Assembly: GCA_963712275.1 (NCBI GenBank)
Contig: CAVQHD010000001.1
Coordinates: 384,001-448,000, forward strand
Direction of reading: 5' to 3'
Length of the DNA: 64,000 nt
From: an uncultured Rhabdochlamydiaceae bacterium
GTDB taxonomy: Bacteria > Chlamydiota > Chlamydiia > Chlamydiales > Rhabdochlamydiaceae
Under the pieces are notes generated by a model. The model was given only the letters and a program-made list of their open reading frames with translations, had not been told where the DNA came from and searched no databases. Position 1 is the first letter of the stretch. Every line of letters begins with the position of its first letter. Shown one piece after another: positions 19,225 through 29,419 of this stretch. The position numbers and the translations under genes are program-made.

Positions 19225-22200
19225 AAGTGTTTTTCTACTAGGACTCAGAATAAATATGAGTGGACTTTTCAAGAAAAGAACCAATTGCTCCTTTGCATCC
19301 AATCAATGAACAGCAAACAAAGAAGGGACACCCCCTTACAGACACTCGCACACTCCCATTTTTGTATTGTTGTAGAAGCGGTTTTTTGTGGGGATTGTCT
19401 TCATGGGCTTTCAAGAGGAACTGAGCTTCCTCATCAAAATTTTGCTAAAGAAATTCTATCTCTTTTTGAAGACAAAGCGCATCGAGTTGTCACTCTTTGG
19501 TCTTTCTTCGTTTTCCTGCACACAAATGGCAACCAAGAACTATTGCAGACTTTCTTTCAATCGTGTCCACCCTTCTTGCACTTCTTCATTCATGCCGTAG
19601 GTGGAAGCGTCTCTTCCAGAGCGCTGGAGAAAAAAGATGTGATTGAAGATTTGACCGAGATGAAAGAGATTTTGGAAAATGATCAAAACTTTTACCTGTC
19701 ATTTGCAAATGGAGAAAGAGATGATGACGTAAGGAGGAACTTATCCATTAATCTCTCTAACATGAAAGAGAAATTTGCCAACCTCATTGACTCTTTTAAT
19801 AACCGAAGGGTTGTATCATTGAAAGATAATGAAGAAAAAGCAAAGAAAGCCCTTAGAGAGTTTCTGACAGGAAAAGGATTCTGCGAACAACAGATTAATG
19901 TCTTTTTTAATAAGTATTATAAAAATCGATGGGCGATCTACTCTGCATCTGTTTGCCTTCTTGGATTAGAGACTTTCCTGCTTACGCAATTCGCATTAGC
20001 AGACTTAGTGAGCGTCCGTAATGCTCTCAGCGGAGGAAAAGGGCCCGATGCCAGACTCGCCCTTTCAGAAGCTTGCTTCAAAAGCTACATTGAGTTCTTG
20101 GTGCAAAAAACAGGCATTGAAAGTCCGATAGAGCTAGCTGAAAAGCTCTATGAAAAACTAAAACACGTTGTAAAGCTTCTAAACCACAGCGATAATACCT
20201 TAGAGAAAAAGCAAATGATCTTAAGTAATGTCACCTTTTTTATTGCCTTTTCTCTTCAGTTGCTCAAAGAAGGGACCTCTCCAGAAGAACTCTTTCCTTG
20301 CATCGATAAACTACTTTACAATAAAGACCCCGATGTTTTTTTAGATCATTGGACCGTAGATTTATTAGCCTGCAATTTAGGTTCAACTCACCCGAATATG
20401 AAAGCGCTTAGAGACAGTGCTCAAAAGGGGATACAGAGCGAAAGAGACGCGGTACAGCGCCCTTTCACTGCAAAAAAGCAAGCAACTGCCAATAGAGCTA
20501 ATAAAATCCGTACAGCCCTTCAAAACAACCCTTTTCTTTTGATTTCTCATTTAGTTCCATCCCTCATCCAAGCTTTATTACCAAAAGTCAAACTGGAGAA
20601 AGTTAATGCTTTTAAGAGAATGCTGCTTCTTTGCAAAGAGCCTTTTGAGAGAAGTCCTCTCGCAAATGAGTTTCGGGATATCGTTAATCTCTTGATCTCG
20701 GAGCCCTTGATTTTGGCGGGGCTTGGAGCGACTGACTCGCTTTCTTTCGTGCAGGAATACTTTAGGAATTTAAGGATTCAATTAAACGATCTCCTTAACC
20801 CCATCGCTAAAGGAGAAGCGCTGCTTGGGAATTCACTAACTGAAAAAGAAATCTCCGAGTTGATAGAGGAAATCTTGCTTATTCGAACGGTTAAAAATGA
20901 TCCAACCCAGCTCACAAAAAGACAAGCATGGTTGATAGAGAATGTGCCCAATTTATCCAAAGAAATTTCCGACCTGAGCAATACTCTTTCGCGCCTTGCT
21001 TCTTTTCAATCACTCATAACAGGAGCAATGCAGGTGATTACGTGGGCTGCGGGAACTGCTCTCAATGTTATGCCTAGTTTGAAAAAGCAGGCTGAAAAAC
21101 CGGTTAAAGAAAGCCCTGAGCTTAAAAAAGAAGAGCTGGAGAAGGTAGGGCAATCCATCGTTTCTGCGCCACCACAGAATTCCAATGGACTTTGGGGGTT
21201 TTTTACTAATTTGATACCTGATACTGCGTCTAAGGACAAAGCTGCTCTGACACCTGAAGCCAAAGAACAAGCTGAAAAACCAGCTCAAGAACAAGAAGAA
21301 AAAACCGAGGCTAAAGAAGAAGATCCCCAGGTTACCATTTGGAGCTTTATCAGCTATTTCCTGACAGAAGGGAATGTTACGAAAAAGGAGCTAGCAATTA
21401 TTGAACCTGCCATACGAAAAGATGTGATTCCGCTTGTGATGGCTCTTATACCTGTTATTGAGAAGAACCATGCTTTAGCATCTTATAGCGACTTTTTTAA
21501 AAACCTCGACGTCATTATTAAATCGAGCGATACATCTGCTGAAACAATAGAGTTCCATCGAAAACAATTGACCCAGCTCATTGCCTCAGTTGCTACCCAA
21601 TCTCTGACGGAAATAGGACAGTACGAAGAAACCATTATCAAAGTTTATGGCGCGCTTCTATCTTTAGAATCTGTTCCTCAAGCCTTCTCATTAGAACACC
21701 AGCGCGTTAGCGAAATGCAAACGTCTAATCTACTTCTTTCAGCCCCGACTACAATTATACCATCCGGTATGCCGCAGCCAAGAGCCTTTACACTTTCTTT
21801 AGAAGATCGCATAGAAAATAGCCGGACCTACAACATTGGAGAGCTGCAAGCTCTAAATACTCCCCCTTCAACCTCAACCATGACGACTACAACATCCACT
21901 ATGCCGCAGCCAAGCGCCTCTTTCGAAGCGCCAAGACCTTTGGAACAACGTCCCCAAACCATTTCGGCTGTACCTCCTCCAGGAAAGGTCTCGAAAAATA
22001 AGAAAATCTCCCATACTAAACAACCACCATCTCTAAATACTCTCCCTGCAGCTTCAACCACAACGACTACAACATCTACTATGTCGCAGCTAGGCGACTC
22101 TCACGAAGCGCCAAGGCCTTTGGAACAGCGTCCCCAAACCATTGTTGAGCAACCGCAAGCTCTAAATACTCCCCCTTCGATCTCAGCTACAGCACCCACT

Positions 22201-22308
22201 ATGCTGCAACCGGATAATCGAGTCCTAACACTTACGACAAGGCAGCAGGAAGAAGAACAAGATGGGACAAAAAAAGCAGCTGAAGAGAAGAATTGCACTG
22301 TCATGTAG
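19225..22308 (+). CDS. Large hypothetical protein with Pro/Thr/Ser-rich repeat tail; probably 5'-truncated by the IS
   Basis: The 1007 aa ORF from TTG 19285 has an open frame back to the IS end at 19224; repeats near the C-terminus; ends in CTVM. Confidence 0.75.
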   Translation, partial: KCFSTRTQNKYEWTFQEKNQLLLCIQSMNSKQRRDTPLQTLAHSHFCIVVEAVFCGDCLHGLSRGTELPHQNFAKEILSLFEDKAHRVVTLWSFFVFLHTNGNQELLQTFFQSCPPFLHFFIHAVGGSVSSRALEKKDVIEDLTEMKEILENDQNFYLSFANGERDDDVRRNLSINLSNMKEKFANLIDSFNNRRVVSLKDNEEKAKKALREFLTGKGFCEQQINVFFNKYYKNRWAIYSASVCLLGLETFLLTQFALADLVSVRNALSGGKGPDARLALSEACFKSYIEFLVQKTGIESPIELAEKLYEKLKHVVKLLNHSDNTLEKKQMILSNVTFFIAFSLQLLKEGTSPEELFPCIDKLLYNKDPDVFLDHWTVDLLACNLGSTHPNMKALRDSAQKGIQSERDAVQRPFTAKKQATANRANKIRTALQNNPFLLISHLVPSLIQALLPKVKLEKVNAFKRMLLLCKEPFERSPLANEFRDIVNLLISEPLILAGLGATDSLSFVQEYFRNLRIQLNDLLNPIAKGEALLGNSLTEKEISELIEEILLIRTVKNDPTQLTKRQAWLIENVPNLSKEISDLSNTLSRLASFQSLITGAMQVITWAAGTALNVMPSLKKQAEKPVKESPELKKEELEKVGQSIVSAPPQNSNGLWGFFTNLIPDTASKDKAALTPEAKEQAEKPAQEQEEKTEAKEEDPQVTIWSFISYFLTEGNVTKKELAIIEPAIRKDVIPLVMALIPVIEKNHALASYSDFFKNLDVIIKSSDTSAETIEFHRKQLTQLIASVATQSLTEIGQYEETIIKVYGALLSLESVPQAFSLEHQRVSEMQTSNLLLSAPTTIIPSGMPQPRAFTLSLEDRIENSRTYNIGELQALNTPPSTSTMTTTTSTMPQPSASFEAPRPLEQRPQTISAVPPPGKVSKNKKISHTKQPPSLNTLPAASTTTTTTSTMSQLGDSHEAPRPLEQRPQTIVEQPQALNTPPSISATAPTMLQPDNRVLTLTTRQQEEEQDGTKKAAEEKNCTVM
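21846..22210 (+). repeat. Imperfect coding repeats (ALNTPPS...TTTSTMPQ...EAPRPLEQRPQTI, 2-3 units)
   Basis: CTCTAAATACTC occurs three times and GAAGCGCCAAG.CCTTTGGAACA.CGTCCCCAAACCATT twice. Confidence 0.8.
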
Positions 22309-22767
22309 GTGTACATAAACAGCCAAGTAGTGAATCGCTAGAAAGACCTCAGCAGTCGGACGAAGCTTTAATTTGGAGACGCCTTCATAGCTTGAAAAGC
22401 TTCTAGTGAAAGATAAGTATGACGTTGATTTTCTCTATAAAATTCAACATTCTTTAAAAATTGTGAATAGCCAGGATCTTTTGGCGTTAGCGGTTGGGCA
22501 AGAGACGGCCCCACAGGGTAAGAACATTGTGTATCTGTTGTTCTCGAGAAACGTCTCTTAATAATTCTATGTAAATTACAGTTGCCCGGAGGGAAAAGAT
22601 GAGAAGTAGAGTTCGCTCTTTTAAAACAGACCTTACTTACAAATGATATCATTCTCAGCCTCTTACCAAGGACGGTACCACACCTCAACTTTGCACTCAA
22701 ATCAAAAGATCTAGGGAGTGTGTCCTCAGTTTCAGCTGATTGGGCTTTTGAGCCAATTCAACTCTTT

Positions 22768-23370
22768 TTAAGAGGGGTATATAAAATGAAAACCATTGTT
22801 GCCATAAATTCCAGGAGACAGGGTAAAAGTGTTGTAAGCGGCCCTGCCAACTGCAATCGCTGTTAATGCACTTAGAATGCCGGCGATTACTTGGACTGTT
22901 TTCTTCGAAGCTTTATCGAGAGGTTGTTTGTCTGTTTTTCCCTCTAGCTTCTGTTGCTGATTTGAGAAGTAGGTTGCAATGGCGTTAAAAGCGTTATAGG
23001 AGATGAAACCAACCAGGGCGCTCTGGGTTAAAGTGATGGCAGTGCCGAAAATTATTTTTTTAACTAATCCCATTTTAGGTATGACAGTAACGGGGCCATG
23101 AAGAACTACTTTATTACTATTCGTGTCAATATACCCTAAATGCCTTCCTTTCAGTGCCTTAAGCCACTCAACTACGGTAGAGATTTTGGGGAGAGAAGAT
23201 GCATAATGATCTAAATCGATCCAATCTGAAAAAAAAGTCATTGGAAGGTGGACGAGCCTTATGCTTGAGTCCTTAATGGGAAGTTTACCAATCATGTTAG
23301 AAATAAATTCGGGCGATTGGCTAATAACTTTATTTAAAAACTTTAAAGATAAATCAAATGCTGCTGTCAT
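22768..23370 (-). CDS. Hypothetical membrane protein (two hydrophobic segments)
   Basis: 200 aa ORF with AGAGG RBS and an AT-rich upstream region. Confidence 0.7.
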   Translation of the reverse strand: MTAAFDLSLKFLNKVISQSPEFISNMIGKLPIKDSSIRLVHLPMTFFSDWIDLDHYASSLPKISTVVEWLKALKGRHLGYIDTNSNKVVLHGPVTVIPKMGLVKKIIFGTAITLTQSALVGFISYNAFNAIATYFSNQQQKLEGKTDKQPLDKASKKTVQVIAGILSALTAIAVGRAAYNTFTLSPGIYGNNGFHFIYPS

Positions 23371-23818
23371 ATTTTCCTCTTTGTTAACTAATTTTCAATT
23401 ATTATAGATTAGAAATTGTTATTAAATCAAATAAAATGAATTTTTATTAAATAAAAAAAATTTTAATTTATATGAGTATGAAATAGCTAAAGCCCTAGCG
23501 CGTATTGGGTCATTACGGTGGAGACGGTGTTCATCCAGTGGGCGATGGTCTCGATGAGGGCATCGGGGTTGGATATTGAGGGTGGTGGCGTCGAGGGGGT
23601 GGTCTAGTGATTTTAAGATACTGTAAAATCAAGAAAAGAGTAGCCAAGAGGCCGCTTATTTTTCCATTCATTTTTTTAAAATCTAAGCATCTATTTATCA
23701 AAAACTTACCGATTTTATGGGGGTTGTTTTCAGATTTTTTACCGAAAATAACCGGGTTATTTTCCACATTTTTACGGATTATATCACCTTTGGCAGGCCT
23801 GCAAGAATCGACTGATAC

Positions 23819-24181
23819 TTAATTTGACGACGGGATCTTCGCCTCTTGCAGAAGTTTTTGCAGCTCGGTGATCTTTTGCTGATGGGTCTGTAGCAAGGCT
23901 CGCATCTTTTCCACAGCTTCTCTTCGAGATTGAACTTCTTTTTCAACCTTAGCTGCTTCAGATTCAATCTTTTCTGTTTGGTTTCTCAAAGTGGCTGTCT
24001 GCAAAGAAGCTTGTTGTAGAGATTCTAGGTGTTTGACATCGGCTAAAAATGAGGCAAGCTGCGGGACTGTTATATTCGTTGGGCTAATGCGCTGCAGCAG
24101 TTGGGGCGCAATGGGATATTTTTTCTCTATCTGCGAAATAGACAATTTACTGACTGACATCTGACCTCCTAATAAATACAT
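23819..24181 (-). CDS. Coiled-coil hypothetical protein
   Basis: Heptad-rich ORF; real start may be ATG 24160 (AGGAGG RBS). Confidence 0.7.
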   Translation of the reverse strand: MYLLGGQMSVSKLSISQIEKKYPIAPQLLQRISPTNITVPQLASFLADVKHLESLQQASLQTATLRNQTEKIESEAAKVEKEVQSRREAVEKMRALLQTHQQKITELQKLLQEAKIPSSN

Positions 24182-24987
24182 GCTTCTAATTGCTCAAGGA
24201 GCTCCTTCTCGGTATTTTCCGCTTCTAAAATTAACGCTGTGAAAACTTTTGCTTCTTCGTTGAGGGCGGTGAGCTGCTCTTCTGCTTTTTTTAAGCGATG
24301 TTGTGTGCTTTCCAGACTTTTTTCCGCTTCTTTTAAGTTTTTGATCGCTTGGGGAAATTCAAGAGCAGCCTCTCCATGTGTTGCTAAGATGCGTTCAAGC
24401 TCACTCATAAGCTCGGAAACCACGGTCTCGGCCTCGTCTATCTTTAGAGTTTCGAGTGATTGATTAACTTCTAGCACTTGATCTTTCTTAGTTATTAAAG
24501 TCCGGTGAATATCCTCTAAGGTTTGCTGAAGCTGCTTGTTTGATTGTGAGTTTTTTTTCCCAAAAATATTGACCGCCAATCGGTAAAGCGAACCGGAGTG
24601 TTTAAAGATATACCTCGAGGCGAGAAATACAATCACAACAAAAGACGAGGCTTTGGCTTTAGAGCCGAACAATTGAAAGGTCTTTTCAGCTGTTAAAGAA
24701 GGTTGATTCGTCAAATGCACGACCCCTGCTAAAGAGGGTTTGATGAGACCTGTTGGAGCTGCAAGAAATACAGCTGTTTTTACTCTCTCAGTCACATGCG
24801 CTGTTTTCATCATCTCCCCTATAGGAAGCACCTGATGTGCAGGAGGGGTCTGTAAAGCAGGTTTTGTCATAGCAACGAGTTGATAAAGCATGAGACACTT
24901 TGTGAGAAGAGGCTCTAGAAGATCTGCTCGGAAGATAGAAGGTTTTCTCTCTTCTGCACCAGCCGCTTTAACTGAACGTAAGCTCAT
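24169..24987 (-). CDS. Hydrophobic segment plus coiled-coil hypothetical protein
   Basis: 272 aa; ATGA-coupled to the upstream gene; C-terminus similar to the 15925..17445 product. Confidence 0.75.
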   Translation of the reverse strand: MSLRSVKAAGAEERKPSIFRADLLEPLLTKCLMLYQLVAMTKPALQTPPAHQVLPIGEMMKTAHVTERVKTAVFLAAPTGLIKPSLAGVVHLTNQPSLTAEKTFQLFGSKAKASSFVVIVFLASRYIFKHSGSLYRLAVNIFGKKNSQSNKQLQQTLEDIHRTLITKKDQVLEVNQSLETLKIDEAETVVSELMSELERILATHGEAALEFPQAIKNLKEAEKSLESTQHRLKKAEEQLTALNEEAKVFTALILEAENTEKELLEQLEACIY

Positions 24988-25646
24988 GTTTGCCTTCCCT
25001 TGAGTTTTTCTCTAATTTTTCGTTCTCTTTCTTCGATGTCATGACTATGCTGTTCTCGTTCTGCAAAAAATTTTTTCACTTCTTCTTCTGTTGCACAAAT
25101 CCCTTGTGTTACTCCAGCAATTTTCTCTTGAAGTTCACGGCATGCAGCAATCAATTTTGTCATCTCTTCTTCTACTCGGGGAGTTGCTGTTAACTGATCA
25201 GCAATTTGCTTATTTTGCATGACCTGTGTGCAAAGAGATGTCAGAGATTGAAGTTTGGTTTCTAATCCAAGAAGTCTACTGTCTAACTTTTGATTGACTT
25301 CAGAAGCTGCTTGTGTGACCTCATGGTCGGTTGATTGAATCTGAGACAGGCGTTCATTTTGATTACGTAAAGCGGTCATTTCTTGCTGCCGCTTTAAGGT
25401 TGAGACAATCAAAGCGACGGAAAGGAGAGGGATACAAATAGGAGCAAGCGGTGAGTTAGAAAAATAAATGGCAGGAATCGTTGCGGCTGTCATCACTTGA
25501 GACATTGTGTGAGTGTCGATTTTGTCCCAAGTCTTCTGCACAAGACCGGCAACTACAAGAGCTGCTCCCGTTAAGTGATACTTTCCGAGATATTCCTTAA
25601 GATGGGTCTGCAAATAGGTTGTGAGTGCGGCTAAAGGTTCTAGCAT
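24984..25646 (-). CDS. Inc-like protein (hydrophobic N-terminal region plus coiled coil)
   Basis: Hydrophobic stretches in the first ~85 aa, then heptads. Confidence 0.7.
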   Translation of the reverse strand: MLEPLAALTTYLQTHLKEYLGKYHLTGAALVVAGLVQKTWDKIDTHTMSQVMTAATIPAIYFSNSPLAPICIPLLSVALIVSTLKRQQEMTALRNQNERLSQIQSTDHEVTQAASEVNQKLDSRLLGLETKLQSLTSLCTQVMQNKQIADQLTATPRVEEEMTKLIAACRELQEKIAGVTQGICATEEEVKKFFAEREQHSHDIEERERKIREKLKGRQT

Positions 25647-25759
25647 AAACTTGGGAAGAAGTTTATGCAGATTAGGGTTGCTGAGTCAAATAAATTCTTA
25701 TTGATTGATTTTTTTTCAATGTGATGTCACCATCTTGGTTTTCTTAGGAGGAAATTTAT

Positions 25760-26776
25760 ATGTCAGCAAAATCAACCCGTTCCCGTCGCTCGAAAGCAGA
25801 GGTGCAACAAGAATTTGCAGCAATTGCAGAAGAGGTGAATGAAAATAAAAGTGCAATTTCTCCTAAAGACAGCCTTGCCCAGCAAATGAAAGAAGCTGAG
25901 GTTCGAGATGCTGTCAGTGGAATTGCCGTTGAGGCGATTATTCACAAGCTGGCGGACCTTAACGTCGAAATCTCCAAGTCTCTTTCTCATCTATCTGAAA
26001 AGCTCGCTGGTGAAATCCATCTTCTCAACCAGGTGAGAAGTGCAATCAGCATCGAACATGAAAATCTTCAGAAATTACATAAGATCGATACCGCCTTGAC
26101 GGCCTTAGATCAACTTGTTGAAGAGTACCATACGAAAAGCTCTGAACTTGAGCTGGAGATAGCAACCAAGCGAAAAGAGTGGGGTCAAGAGCAAGATGAT
26201 CAGCGGCAAGCCGCTATGGAATTTGAAACAAAGCTGAAAGTGATGAGGCAACGCGAAAAAGAGGAGTTTGAATACAAAAAAGATATCGAGAGAAAAAAAG
26301 AGCAAGATCAGTACGAGGAATCATGCCGTCTCCGCGACAAGCAAACCCAAGAAAAACAGGAGGCGCTAGAAAAAAATTGGCAGCTTCGAGAGGAGGTGCT
26401 CAAAGAACGTGAAGATCGCCTAGAGGAGATGCAACAGCTGATTGATACTTTCCCTTCCCGTCTTTCGGAAGAAAAAGAAAAGAGCCGCCTGGAAGCGACT
26501 GCTCAAACAGAGCACAAATTCTCTCAAGAGATGCTCACCTTACAAAAAGATAAAGAGACAGATCGACTCCTTTCCGAGATGAAAACCACCTCGCTCGAAG
26601 AGGCTCTAGCGCGTCAATCAGATCAAATCATCCACCTCCAAAGACAACTCGAAGAGGCAAAACGAGAAGTGAAAGAGATTGCTGAAAAAGCAATTGAAGG
26701 CGCTTCAGGAGCAAAAGCGTTATCTCACATCAATCAGATTGCCATCGAACAAGCGAAGAATCGATCTAATCCTTAA
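25760..26776 (+). CDS. Long coiled-coil protein
   Basis: 338 aa E/K/Q-rich heptad ORF with strong RBS AGGAGG. Confidence 0.8.
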   Translation: MSAKSTRSRRSKAEVQQEFAAIAEEVNENKSAISPKDSLAQQMKEAEVRDAVSGIAVEAIIHKLADLNVEISKSLSHLSEKLAGEIHLLNQVRSAISIEHENLQKLHKIDTALTALDQLVEEYHTKSSELELEIATKRKEWGQEQDDQRQAAMEFETKLKVMRQREKEEFEYKKDIERKKEQDQYEESCRLRDKQTQEKQEALEKNWQLREEVLKEREDRLEEMQQLIDTFPSRLSEEKEKSRLEATAQTEHKFSQEMLTLQKDKETDRLLSEMKTTSLEEALARQSDQIIHLQRQLEEAKREVKEIAEKAIEGASGAKALSHINQIAIEQAKNRSNP

Positions 26777-27539
26777 TATAGGCGTCGGGAGTGGTGATGG
26801 CGTCGCGGAGGGCTTGGGTGGTGGTCTTTTGACCCATGAGGGCGATGGACTCTGTAAGAGGAATCTTTTTAGGGCAGACTTGAGCACAGTTTTGCGCTTT
26901 GCCACAGCTGGCAACGCCGCCGTCGCCCATGAGAACGCGGAGTCTTTCAGGGGCTTGCATTTTGCCAGTGGGGTGGGAGTTGAAGAGGCGAACCTGGGAG
27001 ATGGCGGCAGGGCCGATGAAGTTAGAGCGGGGACTCACTTGAGGGCAGGCCTCAAGGCAGCAGCCGCAGGTCATGCAGGTGGAGAGAACGTACCGCGCCT
27101 CTTGCACTTTGGGGTCTTGTTTGGGGCCAAATCCTCGTTCATAGGAGCCGTCGACTTCAACCCATCCTTGGATCCGCTTGAGGTGCTCAAACATGATATT
27201 TCGGTCGATGACAAGATCCCGAATCAGAGGGAACTTTGTCATGGGGGCCAGGCGGATGGTCTCTGATTTTGTCTTGGCGAGAATCGGTTCGATGAGAGCG
27301 GTGCAGCCTTGGCGAGGGTAGCCGTTGATGAGGACGGAGCACGAGCCGCACACCTCTTCTAAACACCCTTGCTCCCAAGCAACGGGCTGCACTTTTTTCC
27401 CTTGCCGGTTGATGGGGGATTTCTGGATATCCATAAGGGCTGAAATGATATTGTAAAACGGCTTGACACTAAGCTCAAACTCTTCCCAGTATTGCTCTCC
27501 GGGTGTGCCTCGATAGATTTTTAAGATAAAGGTTTTCAT
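26766..27539 (-). CDS. sdhB: Succinate dehydrogenase iron-sulfur subunit
   Basis: CLEEVCGSC, CMTCGCCLEACP, CGKAQNCAQVCP. Confidence 0.97.
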   Translation of the reverse strand: MKTFILKIYRGTPGEQYWEEFELSVKPFYNIISALMDIQKSPINRQGKKVQPVAWEQGCLEEVCGSCSVLINGYPRQGCTALIEPILAKTKSETIRLAPMTKFPLIRDLVIDRNIMFEHLKRIQGWVEVDGSYERGFGPKQDPKVQEARYVLSTCMTCGCCLEACPQVSPRSNFIGPAAISQVRLFNSHPTGKMQAPERLRVLMGDGGVASCGKAQNCAQVCPKKIPLTESIALMGQKTTTQALRDAITTPDAYIKD

Positions 27540-29419
27540 AGGGGAGAGGGGATGTTCACTGGAACATGTTCCAGCGTCGGTTTAACTTTTTTTGCATGGA
27601 CATAATCCCGTGGAATCGGCTTAAGGTGCCGAGTATCCACCTTATTGTAGAAGATTTTAGGCCCTGCTTGCTGATACTGGGCAATGGTTGTTTTACCCCA
27701 ATGGACATCATCTCTTTCAGGGAACTCCAGTTTAAAATGGGCACCGCGCGATTCATCGCGCTTAAGGGCGCCAGTTGTCATTACTAAAGCGAGTTCTAAC
27801 ATAGGACCGAATTGATTGGCAAACACATAGGTTTGGTTCATGAGCTGCCCTCGGTCGTCAAGGGAAATGTTCTGATATCTCTCTCGGAGTTCTTTGAGTT
27901 TATCGATGGTTTTCTCAAGATCAGCATTACTGCGTTTGACAGTGACATTGCGAATCATCCAATCAGACATTTCATCATGAAGGCGATGAATATTTTCGCC
28001 TCCTTCCCGTGAGAGAAGGTCGTGTTTGAGCGCCTCTTCAGAGGCGACGGCATCAGAATAGATCTTGCTGGAAAGAGCACCATAGCTCTCTTTGAGTGTC
28101 TCAACATAGCGGGGGACTTCGTTTCCTGCGACAAGACCTGCAAAAATGCAGGCGACTAGAGAGTTGGCGCCAAGCCGGTTTGCTCCATGGTATTGAAACT
28201 CCGATTCTCCAACGGAAAAACAGCCGGCGATGTTTGTCATCTGCCGAAACCGGCCCATCCGATCGGGGTCATCGGCTGCAGGCCAGTCAACCCAGGCGCC
28301 TCCCATCGAATAATGGACTGCCGGAAAAATCTTCATCGGAACCCTCTTGGGATCTTCCCCCGTAAACTTCCGATAGATATCAAGGACCGATTCCACTTTA
28401 TGAAGTTTTTTTTCTGAGAGATGGGTCATGTCGAGATAGACCTGCATGCCGCCGCCGACGCCAAGCCCCATTTCACAGATGCGTAAAATTTCACGAGCTG
28501 CAACATCGCGCGGAACGAGGTTCCCATATCCTGGATACATCTCCTCAAAGAAGTACCACGGCTCTCCTGTCTTGCCGCAGGGGATTGTTTTGCCATCAGA
28601 GGTGATGATAGTTTTGGAGGAGTCTCCCATCACCCAAATTCTTCCTCCCTCTCCTCGGGTCGACTCTGAAATCAGCCGTAGTTTATCTTCCCCTGCAATG
28701 GCCGTTGGGTGGATTTGGATAAACTCTCCATTGGCATAAAACATCCCTTGCATGAAGAGCCTTCCATTCGCAGCTCCTGTGCAAAATGTGGAATTGGTCG
28801 ATTTTTTGAAGATGAGTCCAGGACCGCCCGTGCCAAAAACCACAGCATCGGCCTTCATAATATCGAGCTTCATATTGATGAGATCCATGAATACAATTCC
28901 CCGCGCGCATCCTTGATGGTCGATCACAAGGCGCATGAATTCATGGTTCTCAAATTTTTCGATTTGGCCAAGGGCTTCATAGCGGCGTACCTGCTCATCA
29001 AGAGCATATAAAAGCTGCTGCCCTGTCGACGCCCCGCAAAAAGCGGTTCGATTATAAAGGGTCCCGCCAAAGCGGCGAAAATCAAGAGTCCCCTCGCTGG
29101 TACGACTAAATGGACAGCCGAACCTATCCATCATGCGAATGATCGCAGGAGCTGCAAGGCACATCTCAAGAACGGCCGGCTGATCTGCCAGGAAGTCTCC
29201 TCCCTTAATGGTATCATAGGCATGGATGATGGGCGAATCGTCTTCCCCTTTGAGGTTCATCGCTGCATTGATCCCTCCTTGAGCACAAACCGAATGAGAC
29301 CGCTTCACCTTTGTCACCGAAAACAATTTGACGCGGCACCCATTTTCTGCAAGCCGCATGGCCGCTGCAAGCCCTGCAAGTCCTCCACCGACGACAATGA
29401 TCTCTTTTTCTTTTTTCAT
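27536..29419 (-). CDS. sdhA: Succinate dehydrogenase flavoprotein subunit
   Basis: VVGGGLAG, RSHSVCAQGGIN, QIHPT, HYSMGG, HGANRLGANSL. Confidence 0.97.
   Translation of the reverse strand: MKKEKEIIVVGGGLAGLAAAMRLAENGCRVKLFSVTKVKRSHSVCAQGGINAAMNLKGEDDSPIIHAYDTIKGGDFLADQPAVLEMCLAAPAIIRMMDRFGCPFSRTSEGTLDFRRFGGTLYNRTAFCGASTGQQLLYALDEQVRRYEALGQIEKFENHEFMRLVIDHQGCARGIVFMDLINMKLDIMKADAVVFGTGGPGLIFKKSTNSTFCTGAANGRLFMQGMFYANGEFIQIHPTAIAGEDKLRLISESTRGEGGRIWVMGDSSKTIITSDGKTIPCGKTGEPWYFFEEMYPGYGNLVPRDVAAREILRICEMGLGVGGGMQVYLDMTHLSEKKLHKVESVLDIYRKFTGEDPKRVPMKIFPAVHYSMGGAWVDWPAADDPDRMGRFRQMTNIAGCFSVGESEFQYHGANRLGANSLVACIFAGLVAGNEVPRYVETLKESYGALSSKIYSDAVASEEALKHDLLSREGGENIHRLHDEMSDWMIRNVTVKRSNADLEKTIDKLKELRERYQNISLDDRGQLMNQTYVFANQFGPMLELALVMTTGALKRDESRGAHFKLEFPERDDVHWGKTTIAQYQQAGPKIFYNKVDTRHLKPIPRDYVHAKKVKPTLEHVPVNIPSPL

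Noticed and set aside
22368..22740. 110 aa minus-strand ORF
   Set aside because: TTG start, no recognisable motif; possibly a gene remnant, but not supportable.
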